From the IMG/VR virus record IMGVR_UViG_3300035199_001057, positions 25,131 through 89,130 of that record: a stretch of 64,000 bases of DNA; one strand, written 5' to 3'. Of this stretch, positions 20,643 to 30,100 are shown one piece after another. The notes under the pieces were generated by a model. That model ran no database searches. It worked only from the letters and a program-made list of their open reading frames with translations, and had not been told where the DNA came from. A program made the translations under genes and the position numbers. Position 1 is the stretch's first letter; each line of letters starts with the position of its first letter. This DNA comes from a virus.

Positions 20643-22825
20643 GTGCGCTGCTCATTTGAATCCGGCATCGTGCCTTCTTTGGCTTTCTCTTTTTTGGCCT
20701 TCGGTGGTTTGCCGAGAACGAGCGCGTTTTTGTGGCCGGTCAACTCTCCGAGCTTGGCTCTTAGTAGGGAATTCCGCTTGGACCAGGGGGTCGTGGACCA
20801 AAATAGCTTGTTTGCTGATAGTCTTGTGGTGTTGCGAGTGCCCGGGCCGAAGAGGTCATATAGTTGTACCATGGTCTGACCCGTTAACGGTTTGCCGCTG
20901 ATGTCTTTAATGGAAGGAACATGCCAGACGCACATGCGCGCCCACTTTTCTTTTACCTTCTCCCAACTGCCCAGAACCAGGCACAACTCTTCCGCATAAA
21001 CTGTTTTGCCCCCTGTCAAGGGCTTCACGGTCTTTTTGTCAGGATCCTTCATATCCGGAATCACCGACGGCATGTTGTTTTGAAAGTGCCACCATTCGGT
21101 TTTACGATAATGCATAAATTGTTCGCCGGCTGCGAGTTTCCTGACGTTTCCTGTTTTGCCGCGGCTGCCCTTCCCGGGAGGGATGCTATCAAAACCATTC
21201 TCCTTGGCGAGAGCGGTAAAACTAAAGCATAAGACGCGCTGCTCGATGGTCGTAAATGACATTACGCCGCCGGCGCCGGTACGGGGCACAATAACGTCCA
21301 ACTTGCGCCACCCTATATCTGTAATGTCAACCGGTGCGTCCCATGCGCCTCCCGACAATTTGTCCCAATAATTCAGTTGGCCTTCGCTCTTCATTTTAGC
21401 CATTTTGGCTTGATGCTCGGCGACATTTTTTTTCTTTTGCTTCGACGACACTCCTTTCTCCGTCTTGAGAAATTCCGCATACACGTCGTCGGCCAGCCAG
21501 TCGTCATCATTGAATTCATCCAGCGACGGCCGCGGTTTCGCCGCGGCGCCCATCCCGACCGTTGCTCCTTCCCATGGTTGCTCCGTTGGCTCTTGTACGG
21601 CAACTGGCTTGGTGTCCAACATGTTGTAGCCTTCCTTGCACCAGGCTTTCTTTGGCCCTTTTAATGTAGCTTGTACTTTGCAAGCGCCCGGGAGATCCCA
21701 CGCGTGGTCGGCCTTGAGCAGCTGTATCGCTTCGGCGGCGTCCTTCCAGGCGCCTTCGGCTTGGGTGGCCTTCGTCCATTCGGCTGCTATTCGTGGATTT
21801 ATAACCTGGCACCACGTGTGCCACCGATTTTCCTCGTTTTCATCTACCGTTATAATAAAGGGCATCTTGTCGGCCCACGTTCTGTCTTTGTATACGTAGG
21901 GGGCTGCGGCGCCTGTCTTCTTTGCGCGAGTGCTATGAAACGGCGCGGAGGCCATATTCAAGTCGATGGCTCGGCCGAGATGGTGAAAAGAAAAGAAGCC
22001 TTCTCCGGGGCCTTGCGGATTTCGGGCCGTTGATGAGCGACCGATTCCAGCAGTGGTGAAAACTCCACCTCGCGCCTTTACTTCTTTGTAAAGCTTTACG
22101 AAGTGGGGGATAATATCCTTGCGGAACCAGTTCTGGCCGGCTTTCTGGCTTGTCTGCCCCAAAAAGTAGGGGGATGATGGGGCAACCCCGCTAGCGGCGA
22201 GGGAATCGGAAGCATCCGCAATTCCAATAAAGCCCGGATGTGGAGGATCAACCGCGGCCACCTGCGCGTCTGCTTCCGCCTGTGTTAACGGCTTGTCGGG
22301 CTGAGCGGCGGGGGCCTGCGGGGTCGCTGTCATCGATTCTTGGGCTACGGCGGTGTCCCCTGGCGGCCCATCGCGGGTTACTTTAAGAAGCGTTGGCCCG
22401 GAAAAGCTTTTCATGTTTTTAAAGGTCACTTCAACTTCGGATCCCACTCTAATTCCACCCTGCGGAGTTGCCATACCATCGAGTTTATCGACCGGCGCGT
22501 AAAACGTTGGATAACAGCTGATCCGCGGAAAATCATCGGCCGCGGCCGGCACTGGAAGAAATGTATGAACCTCGGGAATGCGGGCGATAACCCGTACGTG
22601 TTCCTTGGAACTTATGGTGACATTATCCAACTGAAGCAAGACTACTGCCTTAAACTGAGTCTGGCTATTAAGTTTGTTCGGCTCAAAAGTTTCGATCATT
22701 GACTGTCGAAGCTGCTTAAAAGAATTAGCTAATTTGGGATCTAGGAGCGGTTGGTCTTCCAGAGCCACGTGGATTGAATCATTGATGGTGGAATTAAAAA
22801 TTCCGCCGAGGGCGTCATCAGGCAT
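20639..22825 (-). CDS. Baseplate hub protein with OB-like N-terminus and peptidase M15-like (LAS) peptidoglycan hydrolase domain
   Basis: N-terminal VRVIARIPE...GSEVEVTF; SFHHLGRAIDL (SxH-x6-D) and EWWHFQ (ExxH) Zn-peptidase motifs. Confidence 0.6.
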   Translation of the reverse strand: MPDDALGGIFNSTINDSIHVALEDQPLLDPKLANSFKQLRQSMIETFEPNKLNSQTQFKAVVLLQLDNVTISSKEHVRVIARIPEVHTFLPVPAAADDFPRISCYPTFYAPVDKLDGMATPQGGIRVGSEVEVTFKNMKSFSGPTLLKVTRDGPPGDTAVAQESMTATPQAPAAQPDKPLTQAEADAQVAAVDPPHPGFIGIADASDSLAASGVAPSSPYFLGQTSQKAGQNWFRKDIIPHFVKLYKEVKARGGVFTTAGIGRSSTARNPQGPGEGFFSFHHLGRAIDLNMASAPFHSTRAKKTGAAAPYVYKDRTWADKMPFIITVDENEENRWHTWCQVINPRIAAEWTKATQAEGAWKDAAEAIQLLKADHAWDLPGACKVQATLKGPKKAWCKEGYNMLDTKPVAVQEPTEQPWEGATVGMGAAAKPRPSLDEFNDDDWLADDVYAEFLKTEKGVSSKQKKKNVAEHQAKMAKMKSEGQLNYWDKLSGGAWDAPVDITDIGWRKLDVIVPRTGAGGVMSFTTIEQRVLCFSFTALAKENGFDSIPPGKGSRGKTGNVRKLAAGEQFMHYRKTEWWHFQNNMPSVIPDMKDPDKKTVKPLTGGKTVYAEELCLVLGSWEKVKEKWARMCVWHVPSIKDISGKPLTGQTMVQLYDLFGPGTRNTTRLSANKLFWSTTPWSKRNSLLRAKLGELTGHKNALVLGKPPKAKKEKAKEGTMPDSNEQRT

Positions 22826-23130
22826 TAGTTATTATCTCCTTGGATGATGTCAAGTAAATCCTCTTTGTCGCTTTCATCTAGGGCGGCCGGCGCACTTTGA
22901 TTTTTGTTCAGTATAGAAGTGAGCTTAACAAGCTGTTCGTTGGAACGTTGGAGGGTTTCCACATATTTGGACGCGATGAGTCCCAAGTTCTTGTGTGTTT
23001 CAATATCGTTATTTTTCTTTAGCTCTTGGAACAGATCTGTCAAGAGCGCTGATGTGATCGCGCGATCGTTGCGAATATTGGCAATTGCCTCTTCTAGATA
23101 TTCCTCTAGGTCTTTTATATCTCGTCCCAC
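22825..23130 (-). CDS. Hypothetical helical protein
   Basis: 101 aa, overlaps both neighbours (translational coupling). Confidence 0.7.
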   Translation of the reverse strand: MGRDIKDLEEYLEEAIANIRNDRAITSALLTDLFQELKKNNDIETHKNLGLIASKYVETLQRSNEQLVKLTSILNKNQSAPAALDESDKEDLLDIIQGDNN

Positions 23131-23807
23131 CCTTTTTTAAACTCCCTATATCTTTTTCTTATGCGATTTAAAGAGCTTACGACTTGTTTGGTGTTTAAGC
23201 CGGTTATCTCTCGTATGTATAGATAAATAGCTTTTTTGTTAAAAATTTCTATTTTTTCAGCGTCATCAAAAAGAACTTGAATTGCTTGTACTGTTTTCTT
23301 TTCATTAGGTTTCAAGGGAAGGGTGTGCCACGAGTCGATTTCTTTTTTAAGATTGAGAAAAAATTCTAATTTGATGCTATCTTCAATAATTGTATTCTGT
23401 TCAATCAAAGAAGGATCTGTCTTTTCATCTCCTGATCTTTTGTCGATATAGAAGTCTTCAAGCAAGATCTCTTTGCGGGCCTTTTTGCTCGTTTTCTTCA
23501 CTTGAGCAATAAACCAATTTTTAGTAACGACACTAAAATAAGTGAATGCCTTGGAGCCCTTATTGGGATCATATTTATTTAAAATGGTAATTAGCCAATT
23601 TTTACAATCGTCCCGAAGGGCTTCCGAGTTGGGCAACGTGTTGAATTTATAGGTAAAAACGATTTTATCAACCATTTCATCGAAGACCGGTCCAATAAAT
23701 TCCTTATATAAATCGTTACGAAGCTTAGAGTCCTCAGTATTACAATACGCTACTATGGCATCTTCATGATCTTGCGTAAAATAATAATTTTTTCTTTTAC
23801 GCGTCAT
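23115..23807 (-). CDS. Phage RNA polymerase sigma factor (T4 gp55-like, late)
   Basis: NYYFTQDHEDAI N-terminus; KYDPNKGSKAFTYFSVVTKNWFI resembles sigma region 2 / gp55; C-terminal HTH-like segment. Confidence 0.7.
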   Translation of the reverse strand: MTRKRKNYYFTQDHEDAIVAYCNTEDSKLRNDLYKEFIGPVFDEMVDKIVFTYKFNTLPNSEALRDDCKNWLITILNKYDPNKGSKAFTYFSVVTKNWFIAQVKKTSKKARKEILLEDFYIDKRSGDEKTDPSLIEQNTIIEDSIKLEFFLNLKKEIDSWHTLPLKPNEKKTVQAIQVLFDDAEKIEIFNKKAIYLYIREITGLNTKQVVSSLNRIRKRYREFKKGWDEI

Positions 23808-24117
23808 CTATTTCTTCCTCTAGGTCTTCGCCTTCTTCATCATCCTGATAAAGATAAAACGTCCTAAAATTGTCGCACTCTTGTGAGAGTACTTTCGAGT
23901 GTTCTAGCAGATTGGAAAGTGTGGGGTCGCCCATAAAGTTCTCCATATTGTAAACAACATCAACATGTTCAGCATATTCATGAATCTTTTCAATCAGATC
24001 GTCAAGCTGCCGCTGAAAATTTAAGAACCGCCTTAGTAGCTGGATTATGTACCAAATTAAAACAAAGTTTAACAAGGCGGAAAAGCACAATAATATTGCT
24101 GTAAAGTCTATTGTCAT
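23797..24117 (-). CDS. Hypothetical protein with N-terminal membrane anchor and coiled coil
   Basis: Hydrophobic residues 4-27 followed by heptad pattern and acidic tail. Confidence 0.7.
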   Translation of the reverse strand: MTIDFTAILLCFSALLNFVLIWYIIQLLRRFLNFQRQLDDLIEKIHEYAEHVDVVYNMENFMGDPTLSNLLEHSKVLSQECDNFRTFYLYQDDEEGEDLEEEIDDA

Positions 24118-24362
24118 CGTTTCTTCTCTAACTCCTTCATTTGCGCGGCTAAATCTACTTTTGAATTCTCTATAAACTCCTTCGTTACATCTCCCGTTCG
24201 CTTTTTAATGATTTTTGGCTTAGAGAGATTGGTGAACGAAGTGGGTATTCTGTTTACGTTCTTGCCGGCGCATAAAGCACAACATTCGCATGTTTCAGAC
24301 ATAGTATGCCGTACTTTAAACGTTTCTTCGCAGTCCACGCACTCATAGAGATAAATGGGCAT
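24114..24362 (-). CDS. FmdB-family zinc-ribbon protein
   Basis: MPIYLYECVDC...CALC signature. Confidence 0.85.
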   Translation of the reverse strand: MPIYLYECVDCEETFKVRHTMSETCECCALCAGKNVNRIPTSFTNLSKPKIIKKRTGDVTKEFIENSKVDLAAQMKELEKKR

Positions 24363-24602
24363 TTAAGCCCCCTCAGATACCTTATCCTCGTCAAGCTCTG
24401 ACGCTGCAGCCTCGAACTGCTCTGAAGTGTGTTCATTAAATTTAACCAGTGGCGGGTTAATTACGACAAGGCCTTCTTCGCTCTGCTTCACTTTAAAAGC
24501 CTCAAATACGGGTACAATATCCGTTTGTTCCATGAGGCTCTTTTGTAGGGCCATCATAATGGCACCAATTGCTTGTTTTGATAATTTCATTTCTTGTGAC
24601 AT
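24363..24602 (-). CDS. Hypothetical protein
   Basis: ATG at 24602 preceded by GGAGG RBS. Confidence 0.7.
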   Translation of the reverse strand: MSQEMKLSKQAIGAIMMALQKSLMEQTDIVPVFEAFKVKQSEEGLVVINPPLVKFNEHTSEQFEAAASELDEDKVSEGA

Positions 24603-24603
24603 A

Positions 24604-25338
24604 CTATCCTCCAATTTCGTTGAGTATGAATTTTTCCAGTTTAGAGATGCTGTAGCTCTCTGATTCTAGATCGGTTGACACCACCAAATCCGCGGCGACA
24701 GGTTCGTCAAACGCATCGGAAATGCCGGTGAAATTGTGTACTTTGTTCGGGTCGCCATCGGGCAAGATGGCCCGGGCGTAAAGCCCTTTGGTGTCGCGTC
24801 GTTTAAGCTCTTCTACATTGCAATGAATATAAACTAATTTGGACTGGGGGGTTGACTGGCGCACGTGTTGGCGAGTGGTGTTATAAGGATTGATGGCTGA
24901 CATGATACAGACCACGTTGTTGCGTCCTAAAACTTTTCCAACAAAGGAGAGTCTTTTAATGTTCTCTTCGCGATCTTTTCGCGAGAAGCCCAAGTCCTTG
25001 CAAAGGTTATCTCGATATTCATCCCCGTCGATCACTTCTACCTTGATGCCGCGCGATTTTAAACGTTGCGCGGCCGCGCGGGCTAACGTAGTCTTCCCGG
25101 CGCCGGACATCCCTGTCATTTGTATATACAATCCCTTTGTTTTCCCCCAGCTTATCTTATTCCATGTACGCTCGTGAAGTGTAAATAGTCCTAACATTAA
25201 GAGATGATAGGCCAATGCGACCAGACCTGTCTTTGTGAGCGAACCTGTGGCAGCATAAGTCAGTGCCGAGAGGATTATAAGACCGAGAAACTTCCATGTG
25301 AGCGCTTTCGCAAAACTTCTTTTAGCGGAATCAATCAA
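24604..25338 (-). CDS. cysC: Adenylyl-sulfate (APS) kinase with N-terminal DUF2061-like membrane domain
   Basis: TGMSGAGKTT P-loop, IDGD, LGFSRKDREENIKR, RDTKGLY, FTGISDAFDEP; N-terminal RSFAKALTWK...HERTWNKISWG; TTG start at 25338 after GGAGG. Confidence 0.92.
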   Translation of the reverse strand: MIDSAKRSFAKALTWKFLGLIILSALTYAATGSLTKTGLVALAYHLLMLGLFTLHERTWNKISWGKTKGLYIQMTGMSGAGKTTLARAAAQRLKSRGIKVEVIDGDEYRDNLCKDLGFSRKDREENIKRLSFVGKVLGRNNVVCIMSAINPYNTTRQHVRQSTPQSKLVYIHCNVEELKRRDTKGLYARAILPDGDPNKVHNFTGISDAFDEPVAADLVVSTDLESESYSISKLEKFILNEIGG

Positions 25339-25672
25339 AAAGGTCCTCCATTGTCTTGCCCCAATTGGTAAAATGGTAAGCGCGGTCGTCGATATAGACC
25401 TTCGCTGGTACCTTAGTGTTCGTAATCTCCGCAAAATAAGAGTCTAGATCGTATTTTTTCAGCCATTCTTCAATAACTGGGACGCTACGGCTGGAAAAGA
25501 CGACGAGACGGTAGCCCTCTTCTTTGAGGCGCTTAATGGCGTCAACTGCGCCTTCCATGGGGGGGTCATAGGCGTTATCCATTCCTTGCCAGCGTTTCGA
25601 ATATCGATGAATCACTCCATCAAAGTCAATCGCGATGGTATTTTTCTTTACCTCATCATCAATTTCTTTCAT
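25331..25672 (-). CDS. Small HAD-superfamily phosphatase
   Basis: IAIDFDGVI, VFSSR, KVPAKVYIDDRA. Confidence 0.85.
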   Translation of the reverse strand: MKEIDDEVKKNTIAIDFDGVIHRYSKRWQGMDNAYDPPMEGAVDAIKRLKEEGYRLVVFSSRSVPVIEEWLKKYDLDSYFAEITNTKVPAKVYIDDRAYHFTNWGKTMEDLFD

Positions 25673-26508
25673 GCTTTCCTCCTGGATGTCGCACCTTCAA
25701 TTTCTTCCCAATCAGCATTTTCTCTTACTTCGATGTTTTTTTGCCATGCCGCGCTTAAAAGGGTGGGGCTTACATTCACTTCCTTGAAAAAATTAATAAA
25801 CGCGTTGATATCTTTAGGAAAACACTTGCCCCCAAAGCCAAGCTTTCCGTCGTGACCAGGGACGTCGACGTGAGAGTTTCCCACACGACCGTCGGACAAG
25901 AATCCGCACATTATATTTGGCCAATCAAGACCTAATTGGTCGGCGGCTTGCTTCATTTCATTCATATAAGAAATTTTAGTGGCGAAGAAACAATTACACA
26001 TGTACTTTATAAATTCGGCAGATGTGCTATCAGTGCTAATAATGGGTGTGTGTTGGAATCGATCGCGATATAGCGCCCTTACGCGGTCGCAGGCGTCTTC
26101 GGATCCGCCTATGATAATTCGTGAGGCGTTTATAAAATCCAAGCGAGCAGAACGTTCCGTAAGAAATTCTGGATTAAACACAATCTCAAAGTCTGGAAAC
26201 TCTTGTGCTAGGAGTTCTGTGGTGCCGGGTACAACGGTCGATTTTAAAATAAAGATGGAGTTGGGGTTGGCAGGCGATGCGCGGCGGAAAACATCTCTCA
26301 CAATGGATAGGTCGATTTTATTGCCGTTCTCCAGATTCATTGGAGTAGGCACGCATACAAAAACAAACTCGCAATTAAGCACCTCTTCTAAAGTGTGGAG
26401 GCTTTTTTTATCATCCGCATCATACACGCAAACATGCGCATGTAACGCATATGCGCTAGCGACTGCCGAACCCACAAAGCCGTTTCCTATAATTCCAACG
26501 GTATACAT
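25669..26508 (-). CDS. UDP-glucose/GDP-mannose 6-dehydrogenase family (short, lacks C-terminal domain)
   Basis: GNGFVG, CVPTP, KSTVVPGT, NPEFL, GFGGKCFPKD. Confidence 0.9.
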   Translation of the reverse strand: MYTVGIIGNGFVGSAVASAYALHAHVCVYDADDKKSLHTLEEVLNCEFVFVCVPTPMNLENGNKIDLSIVRDVFRRASPANPNSIFILKSTVVPGTTELLAQEFPDFEIVFNPEFLTERSARLDFINASRIIIGGSEDACDRVRALYRDRFQHTPIISTDSTSAEFIKYMCNCFFATKISYMNEMKQAADQLGLDWPNIMCGFLSDGRVGNSHVDVPGHDGKLGFGGKCFPKDINAFINFFKEVNVSPTLLSAAWQKNIEVRENADWEEIEGATSRRKA

Positions 26509-26559
26509 TGTTCTATTTTATCCTATTTTTCAATATTTTTAAGACCTTGGATGCGGAAT

Positions 26560-26844
26560 TTACTTTAATTTGTCGGTCTTGAGGTAGGGATCATCACCAT
26601 ACATTTTAGTACTACCCTGTTGGTATAACTTTTGGAGGTCGCCAGTGGCCACCATATGGTTAACCACTTCATCTATCTCTTGAATTAAATCATTTCTTTG
26701 AGAGTTTACCACATTGGTAATGCGGCATGCGTTCGCTATCTCTTTGTCTGTCGCATTTTTCTTGCGCTTAATATCTTCAGCCGCCCATATGCGCAAATTG
26801 GTGATGGTAAGCTTGTCAATCAAGTTTCCTAAAGTATCTGCCAT
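26560..26844 (-). CDS. DUF4254-like helical protein
   Basis: TLGNLIDKLTITNLRIWAAED...NSQRNDLIQEID; ATG at 26844. Confidence 0.6.
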   Translation of the reverse strand: MADTLGNLIDKLTITNLRIWAAEDIKRKKNATDKEIANACRITNVVNSQRNDLIQEIDEVVNHMVATGDLQKLYQQGSTKMYGDDPYLKTDKLK

Positions 26845-26852
26845 TTTGTTCC

Positions 26853-27506
26853 TTATTCTTTTCTTTCCCACACAGTGTTAAAATTGGCTGGTTCCGGGGT
26901 GCTATTATCCCAGAATTCATAAAATTTTCGCTCGTATATATTATAGTAGGGGTCGTCCTGAAATTTAAGGGGCTCATAGCCCCATTGAGCCAGGTGGTTG
27001 GTAGTATCATCGACTGAGAAATTGCCGTGGTGGACTGTTTCGGCCCGGATGTAGCGCGGCAAAATCTTTTCAAAATCTACGCCTTGCAAAAGGGGCAAAT
27101 CTAGCCCTTCAATATCTATCTGCAGTAGCTCAAACTCGACTCCTATTAAATTATATTTCTCTAAAAGAGGGTAAAGTTCTAAATAGGGCACCTCAACACT
27201 CGTCGTTTTCGTGTTCAAGACGCTTGCTTGTTCGTGGGAATTGTGAGAGGGACGATTCGCGCGATAGTACAACGGTATAGTCCCTGAATCGGCGTGTTTG
27301 GCTTGTAACTTGGGCGTCACAATGGCCACTTGTTCAAAAAAGCAATTCTGATATTGGGAATAATATTCCTTAAGCTTTTTAAAGCTGGCGGGGTGAGGCT
27401 CCACGAAGAGCCCTGAAAGGCCTGGCCGTTCCTCAAAGAGCGCCCACACCATATCACTATGCGATTTTCCCACATTTGCGCCGAGTTGTACCACGTCGAT
27501 AGACAA
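26853..27506 (-). CDS. FkbM-family methyltransferase
   Basis: QLGANVG, FVEP, LQIDIEGLD. Confidence 0.85.
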   Translation of the reverse strand: MSIDVVQLGANVGKSHSDMVWALFEERPGLSGLFVEPHPASFKKLKEYYSQYQNCFFEQVAIVTPKLQAKHADSGTIPLYYRANRPSHNSHEQASVLNTKTTSVEVPYLELYPLLEKYNLIGVEFELLQIDIEGLDLPLLQGVDFEKILPRYIRAETVHHGNFSVDDTTNHLAQWGYEPLKFQDDPYYNIYERKFYEFWDNSTPEPANFNTVWERKE

Positions 27507-27507
27507 T

Positions 27508-28743
27508 TCATTCTCTTCCTATCACTTCAAAGGCAGGGCATGGAACAATAAATTTGCCCCCCTGGTTTAAAAACGCTGCCTCCCTTTCTACAAATTCTTT
27601 GATGAAATGCCAGGGCAACACTAATAGATAGTCCGGTGAGGCCTCTCTCATCTCTTTTTCTGAAATAATAGGAATATTAGTTCCTACCGTGTATTTGCCA
27701 AACTTGGCTGGGCTGCGCTCAGCGATGGCCGTAATATCATCAGGCGTGAGGCCATAGTACTGAAGAAGCGTGTTACCCTTTGTAGAGGCTCCGTAACCAT
27801 ACACAGTCTTACCTTTGGCTATTTCTCCACGAATAAAATCAACTGTTTGCTTTTTCATCTTTTCTAATTTAGTGTAAAATTCTTTCCACACTTCCGGCTT
27901 GGAAATGTCGGAATGCTCTTGCTCATAAGCGAGGATGGTATTGACTCGAAACTCACACACGTCGCGCAATGGCGTGGTGCCAAATGATGTTTCTTTGGCA
28001 ATAGTTTTCTGAAGGTAGACTCGGCATGAGCCGCCGTTTGTGTCATTTAAAGAGCAGTCGACAATTTTAAATCCATGGGGTTCTACTAGCTTTTTCATAC
28101 TGTTGAGTGAAAAATAGTACACATGTTCATGGCAAATATTGTCAAAGGCCATTTGCTTAACCATCAGAGGGGTATAAGAGAGTTGAACCACCCAAACACC
28201 ATCATCTTCTAGAATATTGTAAACGTCTTCAATGAAAGGGTTGGGGTCATCCAAATCATAGAACATGGCAATCGTTGTTACCACCTTACATTTTTTATCC
28301 CCATAGCCGCTTTTTTGGTACGAACTGTAAGAAAAGTAGTCTTGAACAACGCTATCTGCCACCTGAGAAGATAATTCAACAAAGGAGTCTTCAACTGGGT
28401 CAATGCCGACTTTGATAAATTCATCCGGAATAAATCTAAACATTGTTCCATCATTACATGCGATGTCCAGCCAAACATCGTCTTTTTGATATTTGATGCG
28501 GCTGCTGACTTCTTCGGCGATGTTCTTCAACTGGTTCGTCATCGAAGCGTTGGTTCCAGATCGATACCAATATTTACCGTACATTTTGTCGGGATCTACC
28601 ACTTGTGTGAGGCGGGGAGCCCCGATTTTTTCATCCATTACCAAAGTGAGAGCGGCTTTTTCTTTGCCCTCATATTCCTTATTAATGTCCGTTAAAAAGT
28701 CTGATATAAAATGGCTTCCTAGATCAAGTAGATTCTCTGTCAT
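27508..28743 (-). CDS. NDP-hexose C-methyltransferase (EryBIII/TylC3-like)
   Basis: YWYRSG, LDIACNDG, FDNICHEHVYYFS, TNGGS, YGASTKGNTLL, KFGKYTVGTNIPI, LPWHF. Confidence 0.88.
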   Translation of the reverse strand: MTENLLDLGSHFISDFLTDINKEYEGKEKAALTLVMDEKIGAPRLTQVVDPDKMYGKYWYRSGTNASMTNQLKNIAEEVSSRIKYQKDDVWLDIACNDGTMFRFIPDEFIKVGIDPVEDSFVELSSQVADSVVQDYFSYSSYQKSGYGDKKCKVVTTIAMFYDLDDPNPFIEDVYNILEDDGVWVVQLSYTPLMVKQMAFDNICHEHVYYFSLNSMKKLVEPHGFKIVDCSLNDTNGGSCRVYLQKTIAKETSFGTTPLRDVCEFRVNTILAYEQEHSDISKPEVWKEFYTKLEKMKKQTVDFIRGEIAKGKTVYGYGASTKGNTLLQYYGLTPDDITAIAERSPAKFGKYTVGTNIPIISEKEMREASPDYLLVLPWHFIKEFVEREAAFLNQGGKFIVPCPAFEVIGRE

Positions 28744-28744
28744 C

Positions 28745-29389
28745 TTAGTTTTCTCCTTTTATATAGAAATCATTTATTTTCCAGCGTGCATCCTTTATAT
28801 ACCCAAACGCATTCAAATAAGTCTCAATTTGACCATCGTCATAGTTATCCTCTATTACCAATAAAGAAACATTCCACCTTTTCAGGTTTAAGCCTTTTAA
28901 GACGTCTAGTTCTGTGCCCTCGGTGTCAATTGATATGAAATCAATGTTGGTTCCTATGTCGGCGTCTTCTAAAATAGAATCTAGCGTTCTTACCTCGACA
29001 GGGATCTCGTAGGTATCGTTTATAAGGCCGCGGCCTTCGTGGTCGGCAACTAAGCGTTGATCGGGTTCGAGTCCACTAATTGAAGACATTATATTGTTTC
29101 TACCAATATCGTAGACCGTAAACATTACTTCTGAGGCGTTCTCTTTGCCGCAAGCGTACTGTACGGCCTCCTTACGAGTCTCTTCAACTAGTTTATAGTA
29201 CTCCGGGTTGGGCTCTATACACAGCGCACGCCACCCTTTTTTCTCAAAGTACAGCGTGTTCGAGCCCCGCGTTCCGTTTGCGGCCCCAACTTCGACGCAA
29301 TTGCCTCTTTCTTTCCCATGAAAGTAAAGTTCTATCAGCACGTCCGTGCTAAATTGCCCATGATATCCTTTGATGGGTTCATAATTCAT
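28745..29389 (-). CDS. FkbM-family methyltransferase
   Basis: VEVGAANG..GSNT, IEPNP, SIDTEGTELDVLKG. Confidence 0.9.
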   Translation of the reverse strand: MNYEPIKGYHGQFSTDVLIELYFHGKERGNCVEVGAANGTRGSNTLYFEKKGWRALCIEPNPEYYKLVEETRKEAVQYACGKENASEVMFTVYDIGRNNIMSSISGLEPDQRLVADHEGRGLINDTYEIPVEVRTLDSILEDADIGTNIDFISIDTEGTELDVLKGLNLKRWNVSLLVIEDNYDDGQIETYLNAFGYIKDARWKINDFYIKGEN

Positions 29390-30100
29390 TTAACTCTGTT
29401 CCTTGCGCTTTTTTATACATTCTAATATGAGGTCCATGTCTTCCATTTGAAATGGACCGGAACAGCCATACGGGCGGCGACAGTCCCAACGGGGAACGGG
29501 CACTCCTTTGCGATATATATTCGCAGCTTCAAAGACATTCTCGGGATGATCTGACGAAATAATGGTCGCCCCGTCCTTCATAGACTCTGCTATATTGGAC
29601 AATTCAAAGTCCCAAGCCGAGAATCCCGGCTTCAAATATCTTTGAAAGTATTTCTTCCGCCAAATAGAGGGATGAAGCGTTGTGCGATAAGTGGCAGTCT
29701 GGTTAAGACATACTAGGCCCTCTTTATACGGGTCCGCGTTTCCATTTAAATGGGTATCCAAAACCGCCTTATCGGCGCGTCCGTGCTTTATTTCCTCTTC
29801 CAAGAGAGCCATTCTTTCTAGATTTACGTAATTCATTAGCATCATATCCTCGACGGTTACAATGAAATATTCGTCCTCTAAAGACTCAATAAAGGGGATG
29901 AGAGGGTCAGTCCACACAAGGCCGAAATCTTCCTGCTTGCCCAAAGAATGAAAAGTACAGTTAGAAGGCAAATCCGGCGCTGAGTCGGGGTCAAACCCTA
30001 AAAAAACAATCTCTTGGCCCGGCCAATGTTTGTTGAACAAATGGCTATAGGGCTCTAGCAAAAAAGCGTATTGATTAGAGGTAGTTACCAAAACTTTCAT
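29390..30100 (-). CDS. Putative glycosyltransferase-like protein (GT-A-like)
   Basis: FNKHWP, VTVEDMML, PSIWRK, SAWDFE motifs; TAATG overlap with gmd stop; glycan island context. Confidence 0.5.
   Translation of the reverse strand: MKVLVTTSNQYAFLLEPYSHLFNKHWPGQEIVFLGFDPDSAPDLPSNCTFHSLGKQEDFGLVWTDPLIPFIESLEDEYFIVTVEDMMLMNYVNLERMALLEEEIKHGRADKAVLDTHLNGNADPYKEGLVCLNQTATYRTTLHPSIWRKKYFQRYLKPGFSAWDFELSNIAESMKDGATIISSDHPENVFEAANIYRKGVPVPRWDCRRPYGCSGPFQMEDMDLILECIKKRKEQS

Noticed and set aside
5627-22702. Many 60-140 aa plus-strand and alternate-frame ORFs over the structural genes
   Set aside because: Antisense or frame shadows of long coding genes, with no recognisable motifs.
1-22825. Extracellular contractile injection system or tailocin instead of a phage
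   Set aside because: The T4-like gp6/gp25 genes sit with a phage sigma factor, PhoH and head-type proteins in a single-strand, phage-like gene layout.
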